From: Yuukianura sp. NJ FZ-2021
Taxonomy: Eukaryota
Assembly (NCBI GenBank): GCA_046563655.1
Contig: CM102288.1
Span: 3,038,001 to 3,102,000 of the forward strand
Reading direction: 5' to 3'
Length of the DNA stretch: 64,000 nucleotides
The translations under genes were made by a program, and so were the position numbers. Shown in pieces: positions 39,101 to 52,748 of the stretch (its first letter is position 1; every line of letters starts with the position of its first letter). The notes beneath the pieces were generated by a model. That model was given only the letters and a program-made list of their open reading frames with translations. It was not told the DNA's origin and ran no database searches.

Positions 39101-40807
39101 TCGAATACACAGCTCATCAAATTTGAGAAGATGAACTCTTGTCATGGTTGACAGCTCGGATGAATGGGTTTTTTGGTTTACAATTTTTGCACCCAAAAAA
39201 TTTCTGCTCCATTTGACATCATCTCTGCCTCTGCTGTACTTGTTGACTTTTTGCGAAATTGAAAATGGTTTGGGAGCATTTTTAGATTAGAGCTAAAGCA
39301 CAAGCTTTTGAGCAAGTCCAAAAACCTAAGCAAAAGTTCCATTGAAGCTTTTAATAGTTGTTAATGCTGATCCTGCGGTTTCGTTTTAAAAACTTTTTAA
39401 ACTCATTTTCGTTCGTGGTGGTGTGGTGCGGTAAGATAAAGAAAAAAGTTGAAGAATTGAACCACCGACTTTTCCCGTGACCTACTTTTTTCTCCTTCGC
39501 TTGCACCACTCTCCACCTTCATCTTTCACCCGCCGCTTTCCCTCCCACACAGCCCCGTTTTTGCCAACAACTTTCTCTACCTTTCACTGTTCACATCTTC
39601 CATTTCATTTTGTAAGCTTCTGAAGAATGTTAAAACCTAACTTATTCGTCCTAGGCTTAGCCTAACCTATTCCAAAAGTCGTCACCACACTCAACCAAGC
39701 GTTGAAAAGTTGACCTTGGGTTCAAAGGAAATCGAATCCAGGGCACATGCTTTCACCGTCGCCAGAGAAAGACGGAATGACCTTGGCTCAAAAAAAAATT
39801 TTTTTTTCCATTTACAAAACTGCGCACGAGAAACGACTTTCACTCTGTCGCGTTCCACTTTTACAGCAAAAGCTAGAAAAAAGTGGTGAAAGTCGAATTT
39901 TTGAAATATGTAATGCTACTGAAATTCAAATAGCTTTTGAGAATTTCAAAATTATGAGTTATGGTTATGGTAGAATTTTGATTTGAAACTTGGTCCTAAT
40001 TTCCTGTTTGTCGTGTCTCAACAACCTCAACCTCATCATCACAAGTCCTTCAAACTATAAATATAACTTTAATGATAATTAACCTCAGCCCCCCTCCTGC
40101 TTCTGGGGAACTTAAAACCTAAATGAGTAAAGTCGTGAAGCCCAAAAGCCAAACTTTACTAGTCTCTCCTCGTCTTCTGAATAAATTGTAAAAGGTTTAA
40201 CGTTAAAGTTGATGAGATTGGAAGGAGATTTGGTGTTTTGGGTTATTGTTTGCGTAAGAGAGGAGCTCAACGAAGGAGAAAGAGCAGCCATTTCTTACGC
40301 AACTTCACTTTGTAATGGAAGTAATTGTAAAGGTAATGCCTTTAATCCTTCCTCTTTGCTTAATAGTTAGTCTTAACACGTTATAACTTCTTTACACGGT
40401 CAAGGAGACAACTAGAATACAATGGGCAGAAAGAGGGGCAGTCAAGTGTGAGAAGACACAAGGCACGACCGGTACAACCTGAAACAACGTTAATTTTTAT
40501 CTCCAAATTCACGTCAAAACCAACATGGGGTTTTGACGTGTCATGAACAAACGATTGGGGACGTTGTTATTTACACAAGGTTTCAAAGTTTTGGCAAACT
40601 TGCTTAACTTTAACTCAAAACGTAAACGTGAATTGAGAAAAATAAAAACTAAAGTCCGGGTAGCCCTGCAATTTCGACTTGACTGCCTCCATCTCTATCA
40701 ATTTTTAAAAACGATCAATTTTTAAATTTTTAAAGTTGCGGAAATAAAAAAGAAGTGGGAATGGACCTTGCTGGACACTCTGCAGTGATTTTGAAATCTG
40801 CTGACGA

Positions 40808-41495
40808 TTAGCCAGAACAACCACGGCAGCCACAGTGGACACACTCGACGACTTTGCCCTAAGAAGAAATTAATCGATTAATCCTTTCTTGACAATTAGT
40901 TATAAAGAGATTGATGGTTTGACCATACCTCCTCTAGTTTACTCTTTGGAACCCGGCAGATGCAGTTGGTTCCGAAGTTGGTGTCGCGGGATTGTATACA
41001 TCGAAGGCAGCAGAGGTTTTCGTAGCCTTGCTTCTTCCATTTGGCAATAAGATTTGCGTCGGCTATCTTTTCCTTCAGGCAGTAGTCATACAGTTCTAAA
41101 AAGAAAACAGAAGATCATGAATTTCTGTAACTTGAACAAAGAGTAAAAAGTTTAAAAACTTTACCTTTGCTAATGGCTTTACGTCTGTAGTACAAGTCGT
41201 AAACGTATCGAGACCTTTGATGATGGATCTTGAAAACGGGCCACAGCGATTCCACCTTACGCTTCCCTTCATGTGGTTCGGCTTCAGCTGAAACAATCAA
41301 GAACGAAGTTAGTGAGGAGAAGTTGACAAGATCAATCAAAAACAGATTCCGCTCTTTGGACTAGGCAATTTAGCGACGCAGAACGTTGACCTTCACCTTA
41401 CCTTCTCTCATTTTCTGTTCCAACTCTTCCAGTGTTGGTTCAATCAGTTCCCATCCTTCTGGAGGAGGTTTGCGACTTCGCTTTACCTTGGGCAT
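40808..41495 (-). CDS. BUD31: Protein BUD31 homologue (G10)
   Basis: Four exons: [31 protein letters not shown] / [25 protein letters not shown] / [17 protein letters not shown]...CICRVPK / [13 protein letters not shown]. Confidence 0.98.
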
Positions 41496-42414
41496 CTCAA
41501 ATATCCTGATTAATCTCTCGCTATTTGAACTGCAAGAAGTTGCGGTCAGAGGTCACAGTGTGAATTCAATGTCCACCTGCAAACAAAAATGGATAAAACA
41601 GGGCAACTAAAACGTAAACTAAAACTCGAAAAAATTGAAATGACTATCTAATGTTTTACACCTACCCACTCAGAAATTGATATTCAGTACTCAACGTCCC
41701 CGCCCCCGCTGTAACCTATCCAATTAACAAGATTAACTAACGTTAATTCATGAAATTTTAATCGAACAATTAAAAATTAAGTTTTGAATTCGAATCCGAA
41801 CGAAATTTTGAATTTTTTTAGGCAAAAATGAAATTCGAGGATTATGGATTCAAAATAATATTTTTCCCGCTTTCTGTGGCAAGTTGAGAAGATTAGAAAG
41901 AAATATTTACGCGGAAAATTTAAAATTATCCACTGAACAATTCGACTTGCCACATTTCTTACAAAAAGTTTTCTCAAGCACCTATTTGAAAAAAATACGG
42001 CAAGTTTAAATTTCGCTCTCTTTCGACACAATGTGACGTCACGACTTGCTATGCTTTTGCATTGCGGTTGTTTCAGCTGCCTGCTTACCGTTACGTTTTC
42101 TTTTTGCATAGGAAATTGTTCGTCGGTTGTCGCTAACTGGACTAACCTAACGTGGTTATATTCTTATCTTTGTTGAGGTTGTCGTAATTAGAAGTGATCA
42201 GTTGATCAATTAAACACTCGCCAGTAAAGTGGTGTCAGAGGCGCAGGGAGAATTGCTGCGTAGTAATTCATGCCCCGGCGGAAAGTCTTGGTTTCTCAGG
42301 AGTTACACGTAAGCTAAACTGCTTCTTCACGCTACGACTAATCTAAATTCATCTGTTCATCGTTCTTCAAAACCCCAACTTCTACAATCTACACCAGCAC
42401 ATCCTCGTACGAAG

Positions 42415-45400
42415 ATGATGCAAATGCCTGGAGGAAGAGCGCTACGGCCAGGTACGTTGAAAAGGTCCTTTTTCATTGATTCATTTGGTGTATAAATTAT
42501 AACATTATCAGTGGAAAGAATGAACAGGATGGATGTTCAAAATTAAGTTCTGGACCATTACTCTTTAGGATTTCAACCCCAACAGCATATGACGGCGTTT
42601 CGTACGAAGAGAGACGTAGATCAACATGTCGAACTCATTTGTAGACAGGACCTGTCTGAGAAAGAAGTAAGTTCAATTAAGCAGACGATAGAGTGAGATA
42701 AGACATGTGGTTCTATGTTGTTAATTGAATCGGATTTTATCTTTACAGAGAAGTCTGAGATACTACAGTATTGCGAGGGCATACGCAAGTGTACGAGAGT
42801 TCCCATTGGCCAAGCGGTTCTTGCAGTCATACATTGAAGCTAATCCCACTTCTCCTGGACTAGCGGATGCCTACAAAGTCATGGGAGATGTATGTTTACC
42901 AAAACGTTTGAATGACTTAAGCAGATTCATTTTATTTAAATGTTATTGAATTCATTAGATCTTGACGGATACGCGGGAACATGAGGCTGCCTTAGAATCT
43001 TACAAAAAGAGTTATGACATTACTCCAACTCGCATAACCCTCAATCGAAGTAAGTTGTAGAAACTAACATCCAGAATGGGCGAGCGTTTGTGTCTTACTT
43101 GCTTTTTTTGTCGTTTTTTAGTCTGTGATCTCTTAGCGAACGGATTTGGTGAAAAGGAAACGCCTGAAGCCAGAAATGCATGGTTTACAAAACAAAAGAC
43201 TGCTTCCAGTCAAGCCGTTACGGAGTCCAGCATGCGCCTAGCTCAACAACGGCCAGAGCCACTTATGGGCTACACTTTTCCTGTGTCTCAAGGATCCTCT
43301 CCAGGCCAGTACTTTCATACAATGTCTCCAACCGTGCCGGTCAACTTCAACGGCCAACAAGATGGTAGCCAGCAACAAAGGACCACCCCTCAACGGCCTG
43401 GCAGTGCAAGAGGTCAAGGTGACATCACTCCGCGTAACCTTCTGAGTCAACTACAGCCGCAGGTCAATGGAACACAAGAGGTAGAGGCCCGCTTGAAACA
43501 GTTGGAGCTTAAGGTTGCTGAACAACATGAAAATGGGATGGAACAGGTCAATCAGCAACTGGAAAAATGTCTAGAAAGGATGAACCAGCAATTTGAAAAA
43601 GTTATGGAAATGGCGCAGCAAGAGAAAGGAAAGATTGGCAGTCAGCAGAAGTTGAATGGTCAAGGCGACAGCGGTACTCATAAGTTGGAACAATCACAGA
43701 AACTTGTTGAAAACAAGTTGCTGGAAATCCAAAAGGAAATGATTCAAAAGTTACAACAAGTTCAAGTTTCAATTGAAACGAAGATTGATTGCGGCTTTTA
43801 TAAGATGAAGAAAGAAATGAATGAAGAATTAGGCCAAGCACAGAAAAATACAGCCTCAGCTATGGAAAGCATGCAGAAGTCTGTTGAAAAAAATCTTCAG
43901 GAGTTCATCAAAGCTGAGCAGGTAACACAGAACATAACTTTTAGTCAACAAGTAATTGAATTTCGATTATCAATTGGTAAAGTTTATGGCGGTTTTGAGT
44001 TAAATGAGTAATGTCGTGTATTTTTATCTAATCTTAGTGTAAGATGTTCAAGGACTACGCTTATCCTCTCCTGGATCAAATCGACGCCAAACAAGCATCA
44101 GCATCCAAGGTCGAACCCAAACCTGCGCCTGTGCCAGTTGCCCAGTCGAAACTTCCAGAACAACCGAAAGCGGCTTTATCCGATTCCAAGCTAAGACTTA
44201 CCGAGCCGAAGCTGAAACTGGAAGAATCAAAGCCGAAACTTGCTGAGCAAACCAAGCAGCCCGAGCCAGTGAAACCTCTAACAGAAAAAGTTGTCAAAGA
44301 GGCTGAAAATCTAAGCAAGATGAAAATTGCTGAAACGAAAGCGACTCCTGCTCCGTCTGTTCCGGCGTTTACTTTCCGATTCAACACTCCTGCTACAACT
44401 GAGGGTGGTTTTCATGCTTTGGCTAAAGCAGCAGAAAGTAATACTGGATTTGGCTTATTCAATCCGAGTAGCAGCACACCCAAGACGTCTGATATTTTCT
44501 CACAACCAATTGGTCCAATCTTTGGAGTGAAAACTCCAACCTCCTTTACTGAAAACAACAAAACTTCTGAAGCTGATCACGACGAGTCTGCTGAAGAATT
44601 TGAGCCTACTGCTGAATTTACTCCGGTGATTCCACTTCCTCCGCTGGTTGAAGTCGTCAAAGGAGATGAAAATGAAAATGTGGTTTACGAAGTGAGAGCC
44701 AAATTGCTTCGACTTCATGAAGATGAAAAAGAAGGGAAGAAGGAGTGGAAGGAAAGAGGACTCGGGAACATCAAGATTCTGCAAGACAAAGATCGACCAA
44801 CCAAAGTACGAGTTGTGATGTGGAGAGAACAAATTCACAAGTTGGCTTGCAATCATCGCATTCTCAAGGACACGAAGATTGAATTTTTCAATAACTCGGA
44901 CAAATCGCTGATGTGGGTGGCAATTGATTTTGCTGATGGAGAGCAATCGGAGGAAATCTTTGTCTGCAAATTTGGAAAGCCGGAACAAGTAAGTAGAATT
45001 TTTAAAAGATTTAACCAGTGTTGCTGGATATCCACTTTTTCGACATTTCATCCACGGCTGGATATCCAGTGGAAGAAATGGACGAAATGGATGAATCCAA
45101 AGGGGCGGAGCTTTGCCCGCAGGGTATGCATAATTTGATATTAAAGGTCGGAAAGAAATCAAAAACAATGCAAAAATAAGCGGAAATCGTGCTAAAATAT
45201 GTTCTAATAGCAAAACCAATTAAGCAAAAGCGGTTTAAATACTTAATTAAAGTATTTACTATTATTTAATTTAAATTTATTTGAAATTGGAGCTGATTTC
45301 CTCAACTCAGCTGATTTCGTCCATCCACCGTCCAGTACGACCCCATTTCATCCACTGGATATCCAGTGGAAGTGGCAATTAAGCCACTGGACGTTTAAGC

Positions 45401-48400
45401 ATCCAGCAACACTGGATTTAACCAAACCAAAACAAGGTTTTTAAGAAATTTTAAGTACAGTTTTAAGTCTTATTCCAACATTGTCTTTATTTTAGTGCAA
45501 AACCTTCAAGGAACACGTCGATCGTCTCGTGGAGCTTATCAACAACTCGCCTGACGAAGAGGCCAGTCCAGTAGCAGCTTCAAAAATTCCAGAACAGCCA
45601 AAACCGAAGGAAGTATCTGTGCCGCTGAAACCGTTGTCTGAACTTTTCAAAAAGCCAGAGGGAACTTGGACTTGCAATGCTTGTTATGTCCAAAACAAGC
45701 CTGATGTACTGAAGTGTGCGAGTTGCGAAACGCTGAAACCAGGAGTTGACCCCAGCAGCATTAAAAACGACGAAGCGATCTCATCCAGCAAAGCTGCTCC
45801 AGCGCCGTTTACATTTGGATTCACTACACCACAAGACGGAGGGTTTCAAAGTTTGGCCAAAAGTGCTGCAGGAGGTGGCTTTACATTCGGTGGCACGGGA
45901 ACCAACATTTTCTCAAAACCTATCACTCCAATGTTTGGCACTCCTGCGTCAACGACATCAGCTGATACTAGCAAAACTGATGCTGATCATGATGAGTCTG
46001 CTGAAGAATTTGAGCCTACTGCGGAATTTACTCCAGTGATTCCACTTCCGCCGCTTGTTGAAGTCGTCAAAGGAGATGAAAATGAAAATGTTGTTTACGA
46101 AGTGAGAGCCAAATTGCTTCGACTGCATGAAGATGAAAAAGAAGGGAAGAAGGAGTGGAAGGAAAGAGGACTTGGGAACATCAAGATTCTGCAAGACAAA
46201 GATCGACCAACCAAAGTCCGAGTTGTGATGTGGAGAGAGCAAATCCACAAGTTGGCCTGCAATCATCGCATTCTCAAGGATACGAAGATAGACTTTTTCA
46301 ATAACTCGGACAAATCGCTAATGTGGGTAGCAATTGATTTTGCTGATGGAGAGCAGTCTGAGGAAATCTTTGTCTGCAAATTTGGAAAGCCAGAACAGGT
46401 AAGTCAAAAGCAGCAATACGAGAGTTTTGAAATCAATTCTTAGTAACTTTCTAAAAACCAAAACGTAAAGCTAAATTGTACACATTTCTTCATTTTAGTG
46501 CAAAACGTTCAAGGACCATATCGATCGTCTCGTGGAGCTAATCAACAACTCGCCAGTCGAGGAAACTACTCCAGTTGCAGCTTCGAAACTTCCAGAATCA
46601 AAATCTGTGGAAGCAACGAAACCAGTGCCAGTTCAGACCCCGTTGTCTGAACTTTTCAAAAAACCTGAAGGAACTTGGACTTGCAATGCTTGTTATGTCC
46701 AAAACAAGCCTGATGAGCTGAAATGTGTAAGTTGCGAAACAGTGAAACCAGGCGTTGATCCCAGCAGCATCAAAAAAGTTGAAGCGATCTCAACGACCAC
46801 AACATCAGCAGCACCATTTGCGCCTCAATTTACCTTTGGATTCAACACACCAACTGATGGCGGCCTAGGTGGTTTTCAAGCGTTAGCTAAGAAAGCAGAA
46901 GGAGGAACTGGATTTACTTTTGGTGCTAGTACTGGATCAAATATTTTTTCGAAACCAATCACTCCGATATTCGGTACTCCGACGACTGCACCAGAAACTA
47001 GTAAAGGAGATGGTGACCATGATGAGTCCGCTGAAGAATTTGTGCCTACTGCTGAATTTACGCCAGTAATTCCACTTCCGCCGCTTGTCGAAGTCGTCAA
47101 AGGAGATGAAAATGAAAATACAGTTTACGAAGTTAGAGCAAAATTGCTTCGACTGCATGAAGATGAAAAAGACGGGAAGAAGGAATGGAAGGAAAGAGGA
47201 CTTGGGAACATCAAGATTCTGCAAGACAAAGATCGACCAACCAAAGTTCGAGTTGTGATGTGGAGAGAGCAAATTCACAAGTTGGCTTGTAATCATCGTA
47301 TTCTCAAGGATACGAAGATAGACTTTTTCAATAATTCGGACAAATCGCTGATGTGGGTGGCAATTGATTTTGCTGATGGAGAGCAATCTGAAGAAATTTT
47401 TGTCTGCAAGTTTGGAAAACCGGAGCAAGTGAGTTGAATTTTTAAAAAATTAACAAAAGAAAAAGTTTTTTCTAAGTAAAATTTTAAGACTTCACTTATT
47501 TGCGAAATTATCTGATTTCAGTGCAAAACGTTCAAAGAACACATTGAGCGCCTGGTGGCTCTAATCAACAACTCACCAGAAGAACCCAGTCCGGTGGCAG
47601 CATCAAAAGTTCCAGAACCAAAACTGGCGGAAGTATCAGAGTTAGTGAAGCCGTTGTCCGAACTATTCAAAAAACCAGAAGGAACATGGACTTGCGACGC
47701 CTGTTATGTCCAAAACAAGCCTGATGTGCTGAAGTGCGCAAGTTGCGAAACGCTGAAACCTGGAGTCGATCCCAGCAGCATCAAAAAGGACGAAGCGATC
47801 TCATCCAGCAAAGCTGCTCCACCGGTACCTCAGTTTTCTTTTGGATTCAATCCTGCCAACGTCGGTGGTTCTCAATCTCAACCGTCATTGGCTCTCGCTC
47901 CAAGTGCTTCTGGTTTCACATTTGGTGGTACTGGCAGTACTGGGGCCAATATTTTCTCAAAACCTGCCCCACCGGTGTTTGGCTTTCCACCAGCAGTGGA
48001 TACTGGCGTTGCTACTAAAAAAGAATCTCCAATCACTTCTCAAGTTCCAGAAAAGGAGGAGTGTTCCACAAGCTGCACTGGATGTATTGGATGTGATCCG
48101 GACAAGTTTGATTTTAGCAAATTGGAAAATCGGAAAGTAGCGGAAGACTATCCTGAACAAAAGATGACACCGGAAGAATTTAGGAAGCATAATGAACAGA
48201 AGAGCAAGGACAAACTGGCAGCATTTTCATTCTCTTTCCCAAATGCTGCTGCTGCTGGAAAAGCACCAGAATCTAAAAGTACTGGAAGTACTACTGTTCC
48301 TACTGCTGCTCCACCAGTACCAGTATTTTCTGGTTTTGGAGGCACCAATTCCTTTGCTGCTCCGACACTTCCTGTGTTCCAAGCGCCCGTGTTTGGAGCT

Positions 48401-49445
48401 GTACCTGCCCCTTCCTTTGCGTTTGGATCTTCTGGCTCATCATTCTCAACTCCACCGACTGCCGCAGCAACATCAACTCCAACTGCCTCTGCTTTACCGC
48501 AGCCTCCAGTACCGGATTTCAGCTCGAAGCCCTTAAGTACCCCACCGAGGACACAGGCCCCTTACAACGTTGAGGATTCTTACAACGAGTATGATGAGTA
48601 CGATGATGATGATCCGGTTTTCGAAGGGGTCGGGAAATTGCGCTATCGTAAACACGGAGAATCTGGTAATTAAAAGTTTAACAAGTTAATTAGTAAGTAT
48701 TTTGAAAACTTACAAGCTTTAAAAATAATTTCGAAATCTTATTTTCAGAAATGCGGGAACTTGGATTGGGATTGGTTTGCTTATCTTATGATTCGGATAT
48801 TTACTGTAATCGGTTCACATATTTAGAAGAAACTGAGGATACTCCGGCAGTTGATCATGTTATTTGTGCTGATACGCAACTGAATGTGAGTCAACTTTTC
48901 TCAAAAAAAAATGATTTTTTTTTTCAAAAACTGATATATTTTTTCAAAAAGTGATATATTTTTTTTTTTCAATTTCTGTGTTTTTTCAATTGAAGGCGTC
49001 GGGTGATAAGGAATTCTATTGGACGGCGTTGATGGAATCCGATTCTGGACATATGGAACGAATGGAACTTGAAGTGACCTTTGACAACAATGAAATCGCT
49101 GCGGATTTCATGGACCGTTGGTCTGATGTAAGTTTGAATTCAAAATTACAAAAACAGTTTTTTCACTTTTCAAAAGTGGGGTTTTTACACTTTTTCAAAA
49201 GTTTTCAAAAGTGGGGTTTTTACACTTTTTCAAAAGTGGGGTTTTCAAACTTTTTTAAAATGTGTTTTTTACACTTTTTTTTTTTCAAAAAAACTTACAG
49301 CGTGAGTGGTTGAAGACGAAGTTTGTTTGTTTTCGTTTTGCACCGGATCTTAAACTTTGAATTTTGGTCTGTTTGTTTTTAGAGTACAGACATGGCATCT
49401 CAGGCAAACATGACTGAAGCTTATTTGGAGGAAGAGGGAGAGTAA
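42415..49445 (+). CDS. Nup358: RanBP2/Nup358-like nucleoporin, shortened: short TPR, coiled coil, three near-identical RanBD1, three RanBP2-type zinc fingers, FG repeats, degenerate C-terminal RanBD
   Basis: N-terminus FRTKRDVDQHV...RSLRYYSIARAY; RanBD FTPVIPLPPLVEVVKGDENE...RAKLLR...WKERGLGNIKIL...MWREQIHKLACNH x3; ZnF WTC(N/D)ACYVQN...C..CET x3; FG/FxFG linkers; CTGCIGC motif; last exon 49383-49445. Confidence 0.88.
45016..45414. mobile_element. Non-autonomous hAT-superfamily MITE (399 bp) in a Nup358-like intron
   Basis: Perfect 14-bp TIRs CAGTGTTGCTGGAT / ATCCAGCAACACTG; perfect 8-bp target-site duplication GATTTAAC (45008-45015 and 45415-45422); subterminal repeats of (C)TGGATATCCA; no transposase ORF. 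Confidence 0.93.
49160..49275. repeat. Intronic short tandem repeat (~25-bp TTTTCAAAAGTGGGGTTTTTACAC-type unit, about four degenerate copies)
   Basis: Repeated TTTTCAAAAGTGGGGTTTT blocks visible in the last intron of the Nup358-like gene. Confidence 0.8.
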
Positions 49446-51296
49446 GGTTTGCAGTGCAAAGGAGTTGAAGTGTAACGTTTAATTTCACAATTAATTAATG
49501 AATTAGTTATTATACTATGAATAGTTTTGAATAAGTGAGTTCTAAAGTTGAAGTAATCACTTACTAATTGAAATGTTGTACAGTTAAAACAGAGGAAAGA
49601 ATACCCTCGTTGTCTATTTTTTCGTGAAAGAATAACTTTATAGCTCACTTCATTATAACAATGTTCCTGTTATGTACTATTGAACAGGAAGGTGGCCATT
49701 TGAACTCGTTGGATTTCCCAATTTTTTTATTTCATTAGTTCTATTTAATAAATTTCAAATCCTTCTGTATAAATTAAAAATTTCAAACCCCGAAATTTTG
49801 AATTTTGAACACTCAGAATTGAGCTAACTCAGAATTGTACTAGGCGGAAAAGCTTCCCCGCACGCTATCCTCCTTGTCTAATTGCTCTTGAATGAAGTTT
49901 TTGAGTTGACTCACTGCTCGCTCAAGGTCAAAGGTCACCTGTAAACATGATTACTCATGACGAACTTAATGAGTTTTGTCTTAATTACAACTGAAGAGTT
50001 AATTACTAAATTGCTTCCTGATTTAGTAATTAATGCTTCCGGGTATTCCGGAATGTCTACCCAGCGTTATCTTTGGTTTTCGTGTTAATTTCCTAATCAA
50101 AACTCCACTTTACTTTTTAAGTGGAATTTCAAGTTGAAACTTTCAACACGTACTGAACTTATCCTCGTGATGATGCCGGCAATTCGTGCCAAAAGTACTT
50201 GACATGAGTAAAAAGCATAAGTTACGACTAACTATAACCTACTTTTGCTTTGGTTATGCTTTAGCTCATGCTTTTGCGCCTTAGGTTAGGCTGTTTAACC
50301 TTATCAACTTTGACTTATTAGGAAAGTCTTAAGCGTCAAATCATCAAAGTGTGAAAAAGTGAAGTGGTTTTCATATTTTAGTTTTTGAATATGTATGATA
50401 TAGGTAAACTTAAGCTAAGTATTTGGCGTCGTCCTCTGTCATTACTCATTTCTTTTCGAAGGGAAACTGACTCATGCCTTTTTCCGTTGTAAACTTGTAA
50501 ACCTACTTCAGTAGAAGCCTAAAAGCACTTACGGAAGGGTTTAGTTCCTTTAAAAATACTAAACTCGAAACATCCAACTTCGTTTTTGGACAGTTTCAAA
50601 ATTTTTCAAAAGTTTCAACGGTCAAAACTTGTTTTCAGAGTTTGGGAAGGTTTCAAGGTGAGTTGATCATATTTTGAAAACTGAATTATGGATTATAAAT
50701 TATAATTGTGAATTATAAATTATAATTATAAATTATAATTGTAAATCATAGTGAGTACTGGTTCACACGTGTTGCGGATGAGAGTGAAAGTGTAATCTTA
50801 ATTAATTATGCCAACAGGTAGGATCACGCAAGAACTAACAACAGAAGCTACTTGACGAGCTCAATTGAACAAATTGAGAAATCAAGAAAGTTTGGAAAGC
50901 TTCACTTCAGCAGCATTTTCAAGCCCATTTTTTTCAAAAGTAAGTTTTTAATAATTTTTTTTCAATTTTTTCTTTTGTACTTGACTAAATAACTTAAACT
51001 CCAACGCCCACTTCCATTTTTCACTTTATAACTTTTAGTACTTTGAGGCCTTAATTCCCACTTTTTCCTGCTCATTGAGCTGAATCTCTTCAACTTTGAG
51101 AAAAATCAAGTAAACTAAAGAAGCTTAAATGTTCAAAAGACTTAACTTTCTTTCTTCATAAAAAGTGCTAATTACAATCAATTTACCTCAAACTCGTTTT
51201 TTAAGAGAAATGCAAAGATGATTAGTAATTTGTTTATGTTTTTGCAGGGGGTGATAAGTTCTTGGGAGGTTCAAGGATCCAAAAGGGCCAAGGGCA

Positions 51297-52748
51297 ATGG
51301 CAAACACAAAGTCAGATTCAGATTTAGCAGAGATTTTGGAGAAGAGGCATCAGAGATCAGAGTTATCCGAGGAAGAGGCACAAGTGACCCTTGACCTCGT
51401 CGAAAGTCAGCGCAAAGAGACGGACTGGAGCAAAATGATGAGCCGCAAGGAAGTCAAGGAGTATCGCACCTTCTTTACCAAGTACGTAACTTAATTTTAA
51501 CTTAACTAAACTAAAGTTAGTTAAAAATAATTCTAATTAACTGATTAACTTTATATTTAAAACCTAACAAAACGATAAACGAAAACGCCGCAGAATCTTT
51601 TTTTAATGGCCAGGGGTACCTTTTTTTTCGAAATTAATTTTCAATGGCATTAAACTTTTCCAGCAGCTATTAATTTTTTTTCAAAATTAGTTTTAAAAAG
51701 CAGTTTTTCAATTGAAAATAATTTTGTTTTTAGATTTTTTTAAGTTGAATTGTTTGGAAACTGCGCGTAAACAATACGTCCGTTGAAAGTGAAAGCGGAA
51801 GTGGAAAAACAAACAAGATGTTACTGAACTCTTTGTTGTAAAACTAACCAAATCCAATGGGAAACAACACAAACTTTTTGTTGTTCCGATTTCAATTGTT
51901 CTCATTTCTATTGTTAAACTTTTGTATTTAGATTTGATCAAGATCGTGATGGATTTTTGGATTTGGCGGATATGAAAAGGATGATGGAGAGTCTTGGTGC
52001 ACCACAAACACATTTGAGTCTCAAAAAAATGATTCAGGAAGTGGATAGAGACGGAGACTCCAAAATATCATTCAATGAAGTAAGTGGAAAAAGTTTATAA
52101 TATTAAAACGAATTATTATAATTAATATTTACATAGACTACATCTAATTAGTTCCTGGGAAAAATTAAGTAAAAAAAATTAATTTGTAAGATGTAGACGC
52201 CACACGCTGAAAAATATTAAGATTTTTTCAGAGTTTATTGCTGCTTTTATTTTCGTTTTTCCATGTGCGGCGTATAATTTGTGCCACTTTTTAGTAATTC
52301 GTTGTAATGGTTTTTCCCGTTAGATTTACATTTCTTTCCTCATTTCAAAAATATTTCACGTTTTTTATATTTTTTTCAGTTTTTGTTGATTTACCACAAA
52401 GCCCGAGCTGGTGAGTTGGAAGAAGAGTCTGGGCTGAGTGCCTTGGCCAAACTAACGGAAGTCAGTGTCCAGGAAGTTGGTGTTGACGGAGCCAAAAATT
52501 TCTTCCAAGCAAAGGTACAAAGACAAACCAAAACTACCAGGTTTTTAATGTTTTATTACCAATTTCGTAAAAATTTATGACCTAAAGTGACATTTTTTCT
52601 GTAGATTGAACAATTGAAAGCCCAAAGTAAATTTGAAGAGGAAGTAAGAAAGGAGCAAGAGGAAAAACGGAAAGCCGAGGCTGAAAAGAAGCAAAAAAGA
52701 CTGGAATTTGCCAAGAAGCACGCTCTGTTTGAACAAGTCACGCTCTAA
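51297..52748 (+). CDS. EFHD2: EF-hand domain-containing protein D2 / swiprosin-1 homologue
   Basis: Four exons; FDQDRDGFLDLADMKRMMESLGAPQTHLSLKKMIQEVDRDGDSKISFNEFLLIYHKARAGELEEESGLSALA...VDGAKNFFQAK plus a C-terminal coiled coil. Confidence 0.95.

Noticed and set aside
39700..39750. tRNA-like B-box fragments (GGTTCAAA, ATCGAATCC)
   Set aside because: No cloverleaf could be built.
44500..47428. Repeated antisense ORFs (239, 102, 163 aa) opposite the RanBD exons
   Set aside because: Shadows of the duplicated sense exons; no independent coding evidence.
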